A stretch of 64,000 nt of DNA, taken from NCBI GenBank assembly GCA_030390025.1, contig CM059432.1, positions 39,744,001 through 39,808,000 of the forward strand, read 5' to 3'. Below are positions 49,679-63,100 of the stretch, piece after piece. Every line of letters starts with the position of its first letter. The first letter of the stretch is position 1. A program made the position numbers and the translations under genes. This DNA comes from Squalus acanthias. Taxonomy: Eukaryota. Below the pieces are notes generated by a model that was given only the letters and a program-made list of their open reading frames with translations, did not search any database and had not been told where the DNA came from.

Positions 49679-51399
49679 TGAGCCGCCTACTTGAACCGCT
49701 TGGCACTCTTCTGGGTCCCCCATGATTTGTGCCTCAGCCGCTAATAATCTTTTACAAATATCTTTGATACTATTATAAGACATAATTAACTTGCCCGCAT
49801 GCGCCCAAAGACGGAGGCCTGAGGATGGCTAGAAATTGGTCCTCGGGCCTCATCTACATATTTGATGTGAGCTGCCAGGTCCTGTCACACTTCCACAAGC
49901 AGCCTGCCCATGAGAAGACTTCAATTTCGGGCCGACTGCCTCATCGGCAGCAGCCCTCAGGTAAGTACTGAGAGGGTGGGACAGGAGCCGATCGCACCGC
50001 CAGGAGTAGTTTTTACAAACCTTTTCAGTGGTGGCCACTGGCTAGGCTGTATCCACGTTCAGAAAGCCCGAGTAGAGCCTCCAAATTTCTGGAAAGGGTC
50101 CTTAAACAGGTGTTCGGCCCCATCATCATAGGGAAGGGGCTTAACACTTGTTTTTAGGCAGCCACCCGTCCTAATTTTTGGTGGGGCATTTTTCAGGCAT
50201 GTTGCACCCCAAAATTAGTGCGGCATAAAACGAGTGCAACGAGGACCAACTAATAGCACCTCTTAGCCTAAATGAAAAATGATCTCACTAACAGGAATCA
50301 TCCAAATACACACGAAGACTACGCATACAGTGGAGCAACAACAGCCTGCAATGACATGCCACGAGGTAGTGCAATCTCTCCATCCCGTCCAACTTCCTGG
50401 TTTGTGTGATCACAATCTAGCCCCTGGATTTCAACATCGAGCGATTTTATTACAGTAACTCGTAAAAGCTAGGAGCAGTCTGATAACAGCAGTATGTGGA
50501 AGTTGACCAATAATGCAAGTGGCCTAAGGTTTTCAGCATGGGGCCTGAGGAGAAAAATTACCTAAATTCCACATTTGCTTCAGCAGCAAAGTCTCTCTGC
50601 TGGCAACAAAAATCACACCCAGAGAACAAATGCCTGAGTTGGTAGTTCCACAACAAGCTTTCCATAGAATACACAGGCTGAAACTACATCTGTAATATAT
50701 GTGGGTAGAACAAATGAAGGACAGAAACACTAGTTGCTAGTTCGTGAGCTTGCTTTACAAGGCCAGAGTGAACTGAGCATGCTCATATTAAACCGTGTGA
50801 CAAACCATGTGATAATACATTAAACTGCTTTCCCCTTAAAACAAAATGCACATATTCCCCTATCAAATACAACAAAACTATGGTTCCACCTTTCCCAGCA
50901 TTACATGTACCACATAACAAAAACTCCTGGCTTTTTTTTCTTTTAAATCAACTACAAATGCTACAAATGAACTACAAATCCAGTTTAATAACAGGTTTAG
51001 GGAGCCTTCCGAATCTCCTTACAAAAGGTTTTGGTGTTGAACCAATTTTTGGGCTGTTTTGTTCTGGTTCCAAACCCAAAGATGATCCTGTTTCAATCTC
51101 AGATTTGTTTGAACCTGGTACTTAAGTTTCTGAAGTTTGAACGGAGTCAAACTCATGTATGTGTTCATGATTAAGTGGTTCAAGATCATGTCTTAGTTCA
51201 TCTCTAGCAGAGATTACTTGATCTAAATGAGCACTTCGGATTTTGTCACCAATCTCAACTAAATTTCTCTTGGTTCTACCAACCTCTACCACAGTTCCTA
51301 TATCCCACTTGTGTGAACTCAACTTGCCAGGGGGACTGAGAACACAAACACACTCCTTTTGTCTGAAACGGCATTCTTTCCGATTGCTGTCATAATAAT

Positions 51400-52160
51400 G
51401 GCCCAGAAATTAAACAGTGAGGGTTCCCGCAGGGGTAAGGAGTCCCTGCGATATCGCACTCCGCACCTACCTTTTTGCTCCGGGCCCACACGAACTATAG
51501 TTTCAAAGGCTCTCTCTGTTGGAACCATGCAGTGCTTGCGTGACCCAGAGGCGCAATTAGTTCGTGCGAGCTCTGGGATCACGTGATTTAGTTAGAGCCA
51601 ATGGCAGCACACCATCTTTCATTCATAGTTTTGACGGCAAGTGCTGTCAAAGCTATGAATACTACACACCCCCAAAAGAACAGCTAAACCTCAATTAAAT
51701 TTTAAAAAAAAGCCATCACATTAATAAAATAAGTATAGTTAAATAAATTAACCACTTTAAACAAAAAATTAAATTTTTGAAAAGATTTAAAATCTTTTTA
51801 AAAGTTATAAAAATAAACTTACCTTTCTTTAAAGTCTCTAAAAAAGATAAACCTGTTGAAAAAAATTTAAAATAACACTTAATTAACGACTTACCTTGTT
51901 AAAAGGGGGTCCTACGCCTGCTTTATGTGTAAAATCTTCACCACTTACCTGCGCGTTCAAAGCTGGAAAAAAAACTAAGTGCACTGCGTGCGCACAGCCT
52001 GTAGTGCGCACGCGGTTCACTTAGGAACCGCCCCCTTTTCAATTCACGAAGTGCCGGTTTCCCGCGCATGCGCAGTGCATGCAGGAAACCGGCAATTCGG
52101 GATCTAATACGCGAGAGTACACAGTGCGTACTCTCGCGTATTAGGTTTAATTTTCGGGCC
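51400..52160 (-). mobile_element. Harbinger-type MITE (761 bp) in the Gypsy integrase region
   Basis: Ends GGCCCAGAAATTAAAC / GTTTAATTTTCGGGCC, TSD AAT; homolog of 21175-21939. Confidence 0.88.
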
Positions 52161-54119
52161 AATGTTTCTGATTCAACTGTTTCTGTTCAACTCTTGAGGC
52201 CAAATTTGCTTGAACAAGACTCAATCGTGTTCTCAATCGCCTCTTCATCAAGAGTTCTGCTGGGGTATATCCACTTGTAGTGTGCGGAGTCGTTCTGTAC
52301 TCCAGCAAGAAATTTGCCAAACGTTGCTTCATGCTGAATCCCGAACAGCGCTGCAACACTTGCTTTTTGAGAGCTTCTTTAACTATTCTGACTGATCTTT
52401 TGGCTGCTCCATTTGAAGCTGGATGATATGGTGGACTGAGAGTATGTTTGATACCGTTCCATTTCATGAACTCTTGGACTAAAGCAGAACGGAACTGAGG
52501 GCCATTGTCAGAAACAAGCTCTTCTGGTAAGCCATGACATGCGGAGATAGACCTCAACTCATCTATGGTACGTTCAGTTGTAGTATTTGAACCCATGTGT
52601 TTCACTTCAATCCAATTTGAGTGACTATCTACAAGTACCAGGAAATAATAATTTGCTTTCTCACAGAAGTCTACATGTACTCTCTGAAAAGCTCTACTTG
52701 GCCATGACTAGGGTTGTAGTGGAGTTTTGGGTGGTTTGTTTATGCAATTTTGGCAAACACTGCATTTGCTGACAAGTGATTCAAGATCACTGTCCAATCC
52801 AGGCCAGTAAACAGAACTTCTTGCAACTGATTTCATACTGATGATCCCTGGATGTTCAGTATGAAGTTCGTCCAGAATTCTATCTCTCAAAGAAGAAGGT
52901 ACCACCACGCTGTTTCCCCACTTGATACAACCTTGCTCACAAGACAATTCAGTACGACGGTTATGGAATGGTTTCAACTCTGTGTCCAGACACTGATCAG
53001 TCCATCCATTCAAGGTGTTTTCATGCACTCTTTTCAGTACTGAGTCCTTTTGAGTCTCATCTGCAATCTCAGTTGCATTCACAGGAAAGTCTTTGTCAAC
53101 TGCACCTAGCATGAAAATCTCACCTTCACCAACACAAGTCTTCATGTGGCAACCTGGACAAGGCATCTGCGATTGCGTTTTGCTTTGAAGTGCGATATTC
53201 AATTGTGTAGTCATATTGTGACAACAACACCGCCCAATGTAGCATTCTTGATGCAGCCATTGCAGGGATGGCAGATTTGGGCCCCAATGTTGCTAGGAGC
53301 AGTTTGTGATTAGTTATCAGGGTAAAGTTTCTGCCGATCAGGAACTGTTGGAATTTCTTGATTCCAAACACTATGGTGAGTGCTTCCTTTTCAACTTGCG
53401 CGTAATTACTTTCGTTCTTTGTGAGGGTTCGCGATGCGAGCGCAATTGGTTTCTCTTGGCCATCATCCATTACGTATCTTATGACAGCTCCCACACCATA
53501 GCTAGAAGCATCACATGCTAGCTTAAGCTCACACTCTGTGTCGTAGTGCACAAGTAGAGCATCGCTAGAGAGACTTCTCTTACAAGCATCGTAAGCTTCC
53601 AGTTGCACTTTTGTCCACTTCCACTGGACATCCTTCTTGAGGAGCTCGTGCAATGGAGCTAACATGGTCGCTAACTCAGGTAAGAAACGTACGTAGTACT
53701 GGACCATTCAAGGAAAGATCTTAACTCAGACACGTTCTGTGGCTTTGGAGCATTGATGACAGCATCAACCTTTTCCTTTACTGGTTGCAAGCTATTTGCA
53801 TCAACTTTCAGACCAAGGTACACAACCTCGGGCTACACAAAAGCACATTGGCTCCTTTTCAATTTTACATTGTGGGAATTCAACCTTTGAAAGCACTAAT
53901 TCTAACATTTCTGGATTTTCTTCCTCGCTGCTTGTTGCAATCAGCTCATCATCTTGATTGCATAAGCAATTTGGAATTCCTTGCAAAATCTTATCCATCA
54001 TAGCCTGGAAGATTTTAGGGGAGGACTTTACACCATACGACAGCTTGGTGTATGAGTACAGTCCCTTGTTGATAGTGAGATACTGTTGACTTTCTTTGTC
54101 AACATTCAGCTGAGCGTAA

Positions 54120-54452
54120 GAAAAGAAAGACTTGAAAGACTTGCATTTATACAGCGCCTTTCACGACCACCAGACGTCTCAAAGCGCTTTACAGTCAATG
54201 AAGTACTTTTGGAGTGTAGTCACTGTTGTAATGTGGGAAACGTGTAATTTGCACACAGCAAACTCCCACAAACAGCAATGTGGTAATGACCAGATAATCT
54301 GTTTTTGTTATGTTGATTAAGGGATAAATATTGGCCAGGACACCGGGGATAACTCCCCTGCTCTTCTTTGAAATAGTGCCATGGGATATTTTACGTCCAC
54401 CTGAGAGAGCAGATGGGGCCTCGGTTTAACGTCTCATCTGAAAGACGGTGGC
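54120..54452 (-). mobile_element. Deu-domain SINE, 5'-truncated, in the Gypsy RT
   Basis: Reverse complement of 8405-8540 plus an L2-type tail. Confidence 0.8.
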
Positions 54453-54817
54453 AACAGGTCAAGCCAACAGAAAACCTTTGACCCAGAGAGTGTTGCATAC
54501 AAATCTTGTGATGTAGGTAACCGGTACTGTTCATCGTCAACTGCTTGGTTGATAGTAACTTTGTAGTCACCGCACAAGTGTACAGTTTTGTCTGCTTTGA
54601 GCACTACCACAATCGGGGTAGCCCATTCACTTTTGTCAGTTTTTACTCGCACTCCGTTCTCTCTCAGTTTCTCTAGATCTTCTTCCACCTGACTTTTCAA
54701 CACATAGGGGACCAGCCTTGCCTTAAAATAGACAGGCTTCGCATTGGACTTGATGCGAATATACTCGTCATACCCAGTGATGTCCTCATAACTGTCTGTG
54801 AACATGCTTTTATACTT

Positions 54818-54915
54818 CTGATGAAGGATCATCGACCTGAAACGTTAACTCTGTTTCTCTCTCCACAGATGCTACCTGACCTGCTGAGTATTTGTTGCAT
54901 TTTCTGTTTTTATTT
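54818..54915 (+). mobile_element. 98-bp Penelope-like terminal insertion starting with a hammerhead core
   Basis: 14-bp TSD ATGCTTTTATACTT (54804-54817 and 54916-54929); CTGATGA-stem-GAAAC-GTT. Confidence 0.8.
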
Positions 54916-55335
54916 ATGCTTTTATACTTGTTCAGCATTGTGTTGAGTCGCTTCTTTGAAGCATCTACACTGAAGATGTTTTTCCAGTCTAGTTTCAACT
55001 TTCTCAACCAGTCTTTGCCCATGAGGGTTGGGCTGTTGTTGTAGTTCGCTACAATAATAGGCAGCTTTACTGACTGGCCATTGTGCTGAACTGTACATTC
55101 CATTTGTCCACATATCTCTAGGATTTCTCCAGAGTAGGTTTTTAACTCTACGGTACTCTTTGTAAGTGGTATTTGATTAAATTTACTCTCATATGTGTCC
55201 TTACTCATGATAGAGCAGTCCGCCACCGTGTCAATACACATATCAATATATTGGTCATTGATCAAAATTTTTTACGGCAGTCTTTCTCACGACTTCTAGC
55301 ATTGTCGCTAGTGGTATAGATACTGTAGATGACTA

Positions 55336-56976
55336 GTGATATCTTGAGACACAGCATATATATACACAACAGCACAACATGGCTTCTGGTAAGAACTGTA
55401 CTGCATATGGCTTTATTATTATATACATCAGTAGTCCACCAGGTGGCTCTATTTAACTTCTTCAATAAGGAGGGAGAAGTGTATCAGCAAATAATCATTG
55501 TACATGACTTGCATGGTATACACAACTCTTGGTATACATTTCTCAAATGGAACCCATTTTATGTTTCCAACTGATCCTTGTATTTCACTGGTATGGTGAC
55601 ACTTCCTACTACAGGGATTTTCTCTCCTGAGTAGACTCGCATCTCTACCTTCAATTTCTCTAGTCGATAATCACGCAACTTGTCGCAATACAGTGATTCC
55701 AGTACTATGTCACGGATGCAGCAGTGTCGATTTCCACGAGTATCCTGCTTCCTGCGACATCTACTTGGATGACGATACCTCGTGAATCGCTGTTAGATAC
55801 CTTCGTGCTCCTGATGATGTGAATCTCCAGAAACTCCTCGTCCTGTTGCTTCTCTTCGACAGTATGTAGTGTCTGGTGATTTCTACTTCTAGCATTGCCA
55901 GTCGGTTTACTCTTCTGTCGGCATGCCTTCGCAAGATGCCCAGTTTTCTTGCAATAGAAACACTCTGCCTTCACAGATGGACAGCTTTGAGCGATATGTT
56001 GTCCCCGGCACTGATAGCACGACTTCAATGCACTGTTACCTTGGCCAGTTGCTGAGGCTTTGGGGCCCAACTGTCTTTTACTTTTAGTCTGCAGCCGATT
56101 CTCCTCAGTTGGCTGACGACTGGAAATGGCACGGAACTCTCGGGAGTATCGGTCAGCCATATCCATCGACATAGCTGTCTGACAAGCTAAGTCAAAAAGC
56201 AAGTTAGGGGTTGTCAACAATTTACTTCTGATACGTTCATTTTTCAACCCACAAACAAAGTGGTCACGCAAAGCTCGGTCCTGAAAGTTTCCAAAATGAC
56301 AGTGAATAGATAGCTTTTTTAAAGCTACAATGTACTCACTGATGCCCTCGTCATTAATTGATCACATGCATCAAAACAGTAACTTTCAGCAATTTCCAGG
56401 GGCTCAGGACTGTAGTGCTATTCTAACTTGGTTATGATCTCCTTCAGTGGCGTGTCCTTTGGCTTGGCGGGAACAAGCTAATTTTTCAGGGTTTCATACA
56501 CCTCGGGGCCTGCTTCAGTCAAAAAAATAGCCCGTTTAATTCCTTACGGTTTACATCATCAGGGACTTCGACAATACTAACCGCAGTGAAAAACATTTCT
56601 AGCCGCTCCACATATGTTATGAAAGTCTCTCGATCATGATGGAACTCACCCAAGCGCCCCATCATTCCCATAGGCACAGCCATCTGTACTCTGGCAACAT
56701 CAACAGTTCAGCCACGTGTGCTCGAAATTTACCTCAGATTTTTAAGATTTTCTTCAAAACAAAGAACCTCTAACAGTCCCTCCGTCAGTTGGCAGGATTA
56801 TCCTCCAACAAAAATTTCAGCTAGGGAAATCTGCAATCGCATCCTCATCGCCAATTCTGTGATATATTGAGACACGGCATATATAAACAACAGCACAACA
56901 TGGCTTCCAGTAAGAACTGTACTGCACCTGACTTTATTATTATATATACCAGTAGTCACCAAGTGGCTCTATTACA
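55336..56976 (-). mobile_element. Internally deleted Gypsy element (LTR-PBS-gag-protease-LTR) nested in the outer Gypsy
   Basis: ~119-bp LTRs at 56858-56976 and 55336-~55454; PBS TGGCGATGAGGAT (56841-56853, tRNA-Ser-like); two CCHC knuckles; EIDTAAS; TSD GACTA/GCCTA. Confidence 0.85.
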
Positions 56977-56981
56977 GCCTA

Positions 56982-57567
56982 CTTCTTCAATATCAGGTCT
57001 GTTCACTTCAATATTGTGAATTCCTCCCTTTTGTTGTCGCTCTTTTGCATTGCCACTAGAATGGTTCTTACTTCCTGCTTTCGATCTAGCTCAGCAAGCT
57101 GTTGAAATATGGCCTTGCTTCTGGCAGTGAAACACTTCACATTTCTGTATTGGCAGGTCTGTGGTGAGTGATTTCCATTGCAGCGATAATAATTCACTGA
57201 ACTGCTCTCACTGACATGCTTTTGACTTGGTCTCGCAGCTTTAGGTTCGGCGGTGGCTTTTTGACTGTAGACCTCAGCTACACGAGTCACTTGAGTTGGA
57301 CGGAACTCCCTAGCATTCTTAGATGCCATCTCCATAGATAGGGCAATTTTGCATGCTATGTCAAACATTAGGTTCGGAGTGTTCAGTAATTTGGACTGTG
57401 TGCGCTCATCAATCAGTCCACACACAAACTTATCTCGCAACGCACAATCCAAAAATGTGCCGAAGTTACAATGCAAAGACAGGTTTTTAAGAGCTACAAT
57501 GTACTCACTGATGGTTTCACTTTGTTTTGGTTTCTGGTATCAAATTTATAGCTCTCTGCTATTTAAG
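56982..57567 (-). pseudogene. Outer Gypsy gag (C-terminal part); N-terminus at ~59790-59925
   Basis: HCNFGTFLDCALRDKFVCGL; zinc-knuckle remnants; MATPTGFIGSLG..YIEQMEMFFKVNNI. Confidence 0.8.
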
Positions 57568-59420
57568 TACATAAGAACATAAGAAATAAGAGCAGGAGTA
57601 GGCCATACGGCCCCTCGAGCCTGCTCCGCCATTCAATAAGATCATGGCTGATCGTCGCCCTCAACTCCACTTTCCCACCTGATCTCCATATCCCTTGATT
57701 CCCCTAGAGTCCAAAAATCTATCTATCTCAGCCTTGAATTTACTCAAACACTCAGCATTCACAGGCCTCTGGGGCAGAGAATTCAAAGATTCACAACCCT
57801 CTGAGTGAAGAAATTCCTCCTCATCTCAGTCTTAAATGGCCTACCCCTTATCCTGAGACTATGCCCCCTAGTTCTAGACACTCCAGCCAGGGGAAACAAC
57901 CTCTCAGCATCTACCCTGTCAATCCCCTTCAGAATCTTGTATGTTTCAATGAGATCACCGCTCATTCTTCTAAACTCCAGAGAGTATAGGCCCATTCTAC
58001 ACAATCTCTCATCATAGGACAGCCCTCTCATCCCAGGAATCAATCTAGTGAACCTTTGTTGCACCGTCTCCAAGGCAAGTATATCCTTCCTTAGATAAGG
58101 AGACCAAAACTGTGCACAGTACTCCATGTGTGGTCTCACCAAGGCCCTGTACAATTGTAGCAAGACTTCCTCACTCTTATACTCCAACCCCCTTGTAATA
58201 AAGGCCAACATGCCATTTGCCTTCCTTATTGCTTGCTGTACCTGCATGCTAGCTTTCTTTGTTTCTTGCATGAGGACACCCAAATCTCTCTGAACACCAA
58301 CATTTGAAAGTATCTCACAATTTCAAAAATATTGTTTTTCTATTCTTCCTACCAAAGTGAATAACCTCACATTTCCCTACATTATACTCCATCTGCCACC
58401 TTACTGCCCACTCACTTAGTCTATCTATATCCCTTTGCAGACTCTTTGTGTTCTCCTCACAGCTTACTGTCCCACCTAGCTTTGTATCATCAGCAAACTT
58501 GGATACATTACACTCGGTCCCTTCATCTAGGTCATTAATATAGATTGTAAATAGCTGAGGCCCCAATACTGATCCTTGCGGCACCCCACTAGTTACAGCC
58601 TGCCAACATGAAAAAAATTCATTTATCCCTACTCTCTTTTCTGTCCATTAACCAATCCTCTATCCATGCTATTATATTACCCCCAACCCCATGAGCCCTA
58701 ATCTTGTGTAATAACCTGTTATGTGGCACCTTATCAAATGCCTTTTGGAAATCCAAATATACTACATCCACTGGTTCCCCTTAATCTACCCTGCTAGTTA
58801 CATCCTCAAAAAACTCTAATAAATTTATCAAATTCGATTTCCCTTTAATAAAACCATGTTGAATCTGCCTAATCATGTTATGATTTTCTCAGGTGACTTG
58901 ATACCACTTCCTTAACAATGGATTCCAGCATTTTCCCGATGACTGATGTCAGGCTAACTGGCCTGTAGTTCGCTGTTTTTTCTCTCCCTCCTTTCTTGAA
59001 TAGCGGTGTTACATTTGCGACCTTCCAATCCGCTGGGACCATTCCAGAATCTAGGGAATTTTGGAAGATCAAAACCAATGCATCCACTATCTCTTCAGCC
59101 ACCTCGGATGTAGACGGCAGGTCCAGGGGATTTGTCGGTTTTTAGTCCCATTAGTTTCTCTCGTACTTTTTCTCTACTTATATTAATTACGTTAAGTTCC
59201 TCACCCTCATTAGACCCTTGGTTCCCCACGATTTTTGGTATGTTTATTGTGTCTTCTACTGTGAAGACAGATACAAAATATTTGTTTAATGTTTCTGCCA
59301 TTTCCTTATTCCCCATAATAATTTCTCCTGTCTTAGCGTCGAAGGGCCAACATTTACTTTTGCTACTCTTCCTTTTCACATACTTGTAGAAACTCTTACA
59401 ATCTGCTTTTATATCGAGTT
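57568..59420 (-). mobile_element. CR1 LINE (5'-truncated) in Gypsy gag
   Basis: (CATAAGAA) tail, RT motifs; same subfamily as 39073-45325. Confidence 0.9.
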
Positions 59421-59427
59421 TCTCAAC

Positions 59428-59600
59428 AATCACAGAATCACAGAATCCCCACAGTGCAGATAGAGGCCATTTCGGCCCATCGAACCTGCACCGACACATA
59501 TCCCACCCTATCCCCGTAACCCCACGTATTTAATCCCCCCTAACAGTAAGGGTCAATTTATCATAGCCAAATCAACCTAACCCGCACATCTTTGGACTGT
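59428..59600 (-). mobile_element. HE1-like SINE, 5'-truncated
   Basis: (CACAGAAT) tail, CR1-like 3' hairpin, core ccaaatcaacctaacccgcacatctttggactgt. Confidence 0.65.
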
Positions 59601-60082
59601 CTTCAAACGACACATCCTTCACTTTCTCTGGCGCGAGTAAATTTGTTAACATTCCTTAGACATCTGGCTCAATCTCCATTGGAAAAATTGCTTTTTTACA
59701 TTCACGAATTACTTTATTTTGAGCTTGAACAGGAGCAGGCTCGAGGGGCCGATTGGCCTACTCCTGCTCCTATTTCTTATGTTCTTATGTTCATCTGCAC
59801 CTTCAGTCTCAATAATGTTATTGACCTTAAAAAACATCTCCATCTGTTCAATGTAAGAACTGAATGGTTTGCGAGATCGGTCATATATGCCAAGGCTTCC
59901 GATGAATCCCGTAGGTGTGGCCATGATTGTCACGAACCCGTTGACCAGTGACTCAGAACACTACCTGTGTGCCTGTGAGAATCAACGCTGCTGTTGCACG
60001 AAGGCGAACCACACATGATTCTGACTAGTCCACAAGCTAGCTTTACCAGACCAGAGTGAACTGAGCATGCTCATACTAAACC

Positions 60083-63000
60083 ATAGAGTTATAGAGTTAT
60101 ACAGCACAGAAAGAGGCCCTTCGGCCCATCGTGTCCGTGCCGACCATCAAGCCCTGTCTATTCTAATCCCATTTTCCAGCACTTGGTCCGTAGCCTTGTA
60201 TGCTATGGCGTTTCAAGTGCTCATCTAAATGCTTCTTGAATGTTGTGAGGGTTCCTGCCTCTACCACCCTTTCAGGCAGTGAGTTCCAGATTCCAACCAC
60301 CCTCTGGGTGAAAAAGTTTTTCCTCAAATCCCCTCTAAACCTCCTGCCCCTTACCTTAAAACAATGCCCCCTGGCTATTGACCCCTCTACTAAGGGGAAA
60401 AGTTCATTTCTATCTACCCTATCTATGCCCCTCATAATTTTGTACACCTCAATCAGGTCCCCCTCAGCTTTCTCTGCTCGAAGGCAAACAACACCAGCCT
60501 GTCCAGTCTCTCTTCATAGCTGAAGCGCTCCAGCCCAGGTAACATCCTGGTGAATCTCCTCTGCACCCTCTCCAATGCAATCACATCCCTCCTATAGTGT
60601 GGCGACCAGAACTGCACACAGTATTCCAGCTGTGGCCTAACTAGCATTTTGTACAGCTCCATCATAACCTCCCTGCTCTTATATTCTATGCTTCGGCTAA
60701 TGGAGGCAAGTACCCCTTTTCACTTTTTAACCACCTTATCTACCTGTCCTGCTGCCTTCAGGGATCTATGTACATGCACACCAAAGTCCCTCTGATCCTC
60801 TGTCCTTCCTAGGGTCCTACCATTCATTATGTATTCCCTTGCCTTGTTAGTCCTCCCAAAATGCATCACCTCACACTTTTCAGGGTTAAATTCCATTTGC
60901 CGCTGTTCTGCCCATCTAACCATCCCGTTTATATCGTCCTGTAGCCTGAGGCTTCCCTCCTCGCTATTTACCACTCCACCAATTTTCGTGTCATCTGCGA
61001 ACTTACTGATCATACCTCCTACATTCATATCTGAATCATTAATGTACACTACAAACAGCAAAGGACCCAGCACCGATCCCTGCGGTACACCACTGGACAC
61101 AGGCTTCCAGTCACAAAAACAACCTTCGACCATCACCCTCTGCCTCCTGCCACTAAGCCAATTTTGGATCCAATGTGCCAAGTTGCCCTGGATCCCATAG
61201 GCTCTTACCTTCTTGACCAGCCTCCCATGTGGGACTTTGTCAAAAGCCTTACTGAAATCCATGTAGACTACATCAACTGCACTACCCTCATCCACAAACC
61301 TAGTCACCTCCTCGAAAAATTCAATCAAATTGGTCAGACATGATCTCCCCCTGACAAAGCCATTCCTGATTAATCCCTGCCTCTCCAAGTGGAGACTAAT
61401 TCTGTCCCTCAGAATTTTTTCCAATAATTTCCCTACCACTGATGTTAGGCTCACTGGCCTGTAATTCCCTGGTTTATCCCGACTACCATTCTTGAACAAT
61501 AGTACTACGTTAGCTGTTCTCCAGTCCTCTGGCACCTCCCCTGTGGCCAGAGAGGTTCAGAAATTTGTGTCAGAGCCCCTGCAATCTCCTCTCTTGCCTC
61601 ACACAGCAGCCTGGGATACATCCCATCAGGGCCTGGGGATTTATCCACTTTTAAGCCTGCTAAAACCGCTAGTACCTCCTCCCTCTCAATACTAATTTGT
61701 TCAAGTATATCACAATCCCCCTGCCTGATTTCTATGCCTACATCATCCTTCTCCATAGTGAACACAGATGCAAAATATTCATTTAAAACCTCACCCACAT
61801 CTTCCGGCTCTACACACAGATTGCCACTTTGGTCCCTAATGGGCCCTACTCTTTCCCTGGTTATCCTCTTGCCCTTAATATACTTATAAAACACCTTGGG
61901 ATTTTCCTTTATTTTGCCCGCCAGTGTTTTTTCATGCCCCCTCTTCGCTCTCCTAATTTCTTTTTTAAGTACCCCCCTGCACTTTCTATACTCCTCTAGG
62001 GCTTCCACTGTTTTTAGTCTTTGTATCTGCCAAAAGCCTCCCTTTTTTTCCTAATCCATTCTTGTATATCCCTTGACATCCAGGGTTCCCTGGGTTTGTT
62101 CGTCCCACCCTTGACCTTTACGGGAACATGTTGGCGTTGTACTCTCTCTATTTCCTTTCTGAAAGACTCCCACTGCTCTGATGTGGATTTTCCTACAAGT
62201 AGCTGATCCCAGTCCACTATGGCCAGATCCTGCTTATCATATTAAAATCGGCCTTCCCCCAATTTAGAACCTTTATTTCCGGTCCATCTTTGTCCTTTTC
62301 CATGACTACCTTAACTCTCACCGAATTATGGTCACTGTCACCAAAATGCTCTCCTACTGACACTTCTACCACTTGCCCGGCTACATTCCCTAGAATTAGG
62401 TCCAGTACCACCCCCTCTCTTGTAGGACTTTCTACATGCTGGCTCAAAAAGCTCTCCTGGATGCACTTTAAGAATTCCGCACCCTCTAAGCCTTTCACAC
62501 TCTGACTATCCCAGTTAATATTGGGGAAGTTGAAATCCCCTACTATTATTACCCTATTATTTCTACACTTCTCTGAGATTTGCCTACATATCTGTTCCTC
62601 TATCTCCCCCTGACTGTTTGGGGGCCTATAGTACACTCCCAGCAAAGTGCTTGCCCTCTTTTTGTTTTTAAGGTCTACCCATATGGCCTCATTAGAGGAA
62701 CCTGCTAAGATATCATCCCTCCTTACAGCAGTAATTGACTCCTTGATTAATATTGTGACACCCCCTCCTCTTTTACACCCCCCTCTGTCTCGCCTGAAGA
62801 TTCTATACCCCGGAATATTGAGCTGCCAGTCCTGCCCCTCCCTCAACCATGTCTCTGTGATAGCAACAATATCATACTCCCATGTGTTCATCAACACCTT
62901 CAATTCATCTGCCTTACTCACAAGACTCCTTGCATTAAAATAAATGCCATCCAGCCTTGCCAAACTCCCTTGTGCAGTTACATATTTGCTCTGCCTTCCA

Positions 63001-63100
63001 GGCTGACTTGTTTTTTCCTCTATATTTGGCTGTGCATCGCTCCCTACTGTAGCTCCACTCCGTATCCCATCCCCCTGCCAAGTTAGTTTAAAACCCCCCC
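60083..63100 (-). mobile_element. Young CR1 with near-complete but frameshifted ORF2, inserted in the Gypsy 5' LTR
   Basis: YFNARSL, ITETWL, GDFN, SDHN, KFADD; nearly identical to 728-3447; tail ATAGAGTT repeats. Confidence 0.93.

Larger units (their letters stand above)
51000..55330 (-). pseudogene. Gypsy pol (protease, RT, RNase H, integrase), frameshifted
   Basis: IDTVADCS; WATPIVVV..LCGDYKVTIN; NQDD; LACDASSYGVGAV, NYAQVEKEAL; H..HPG..C..C; VSDNGPQF, YHPASNG. Confidence 0.88.
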
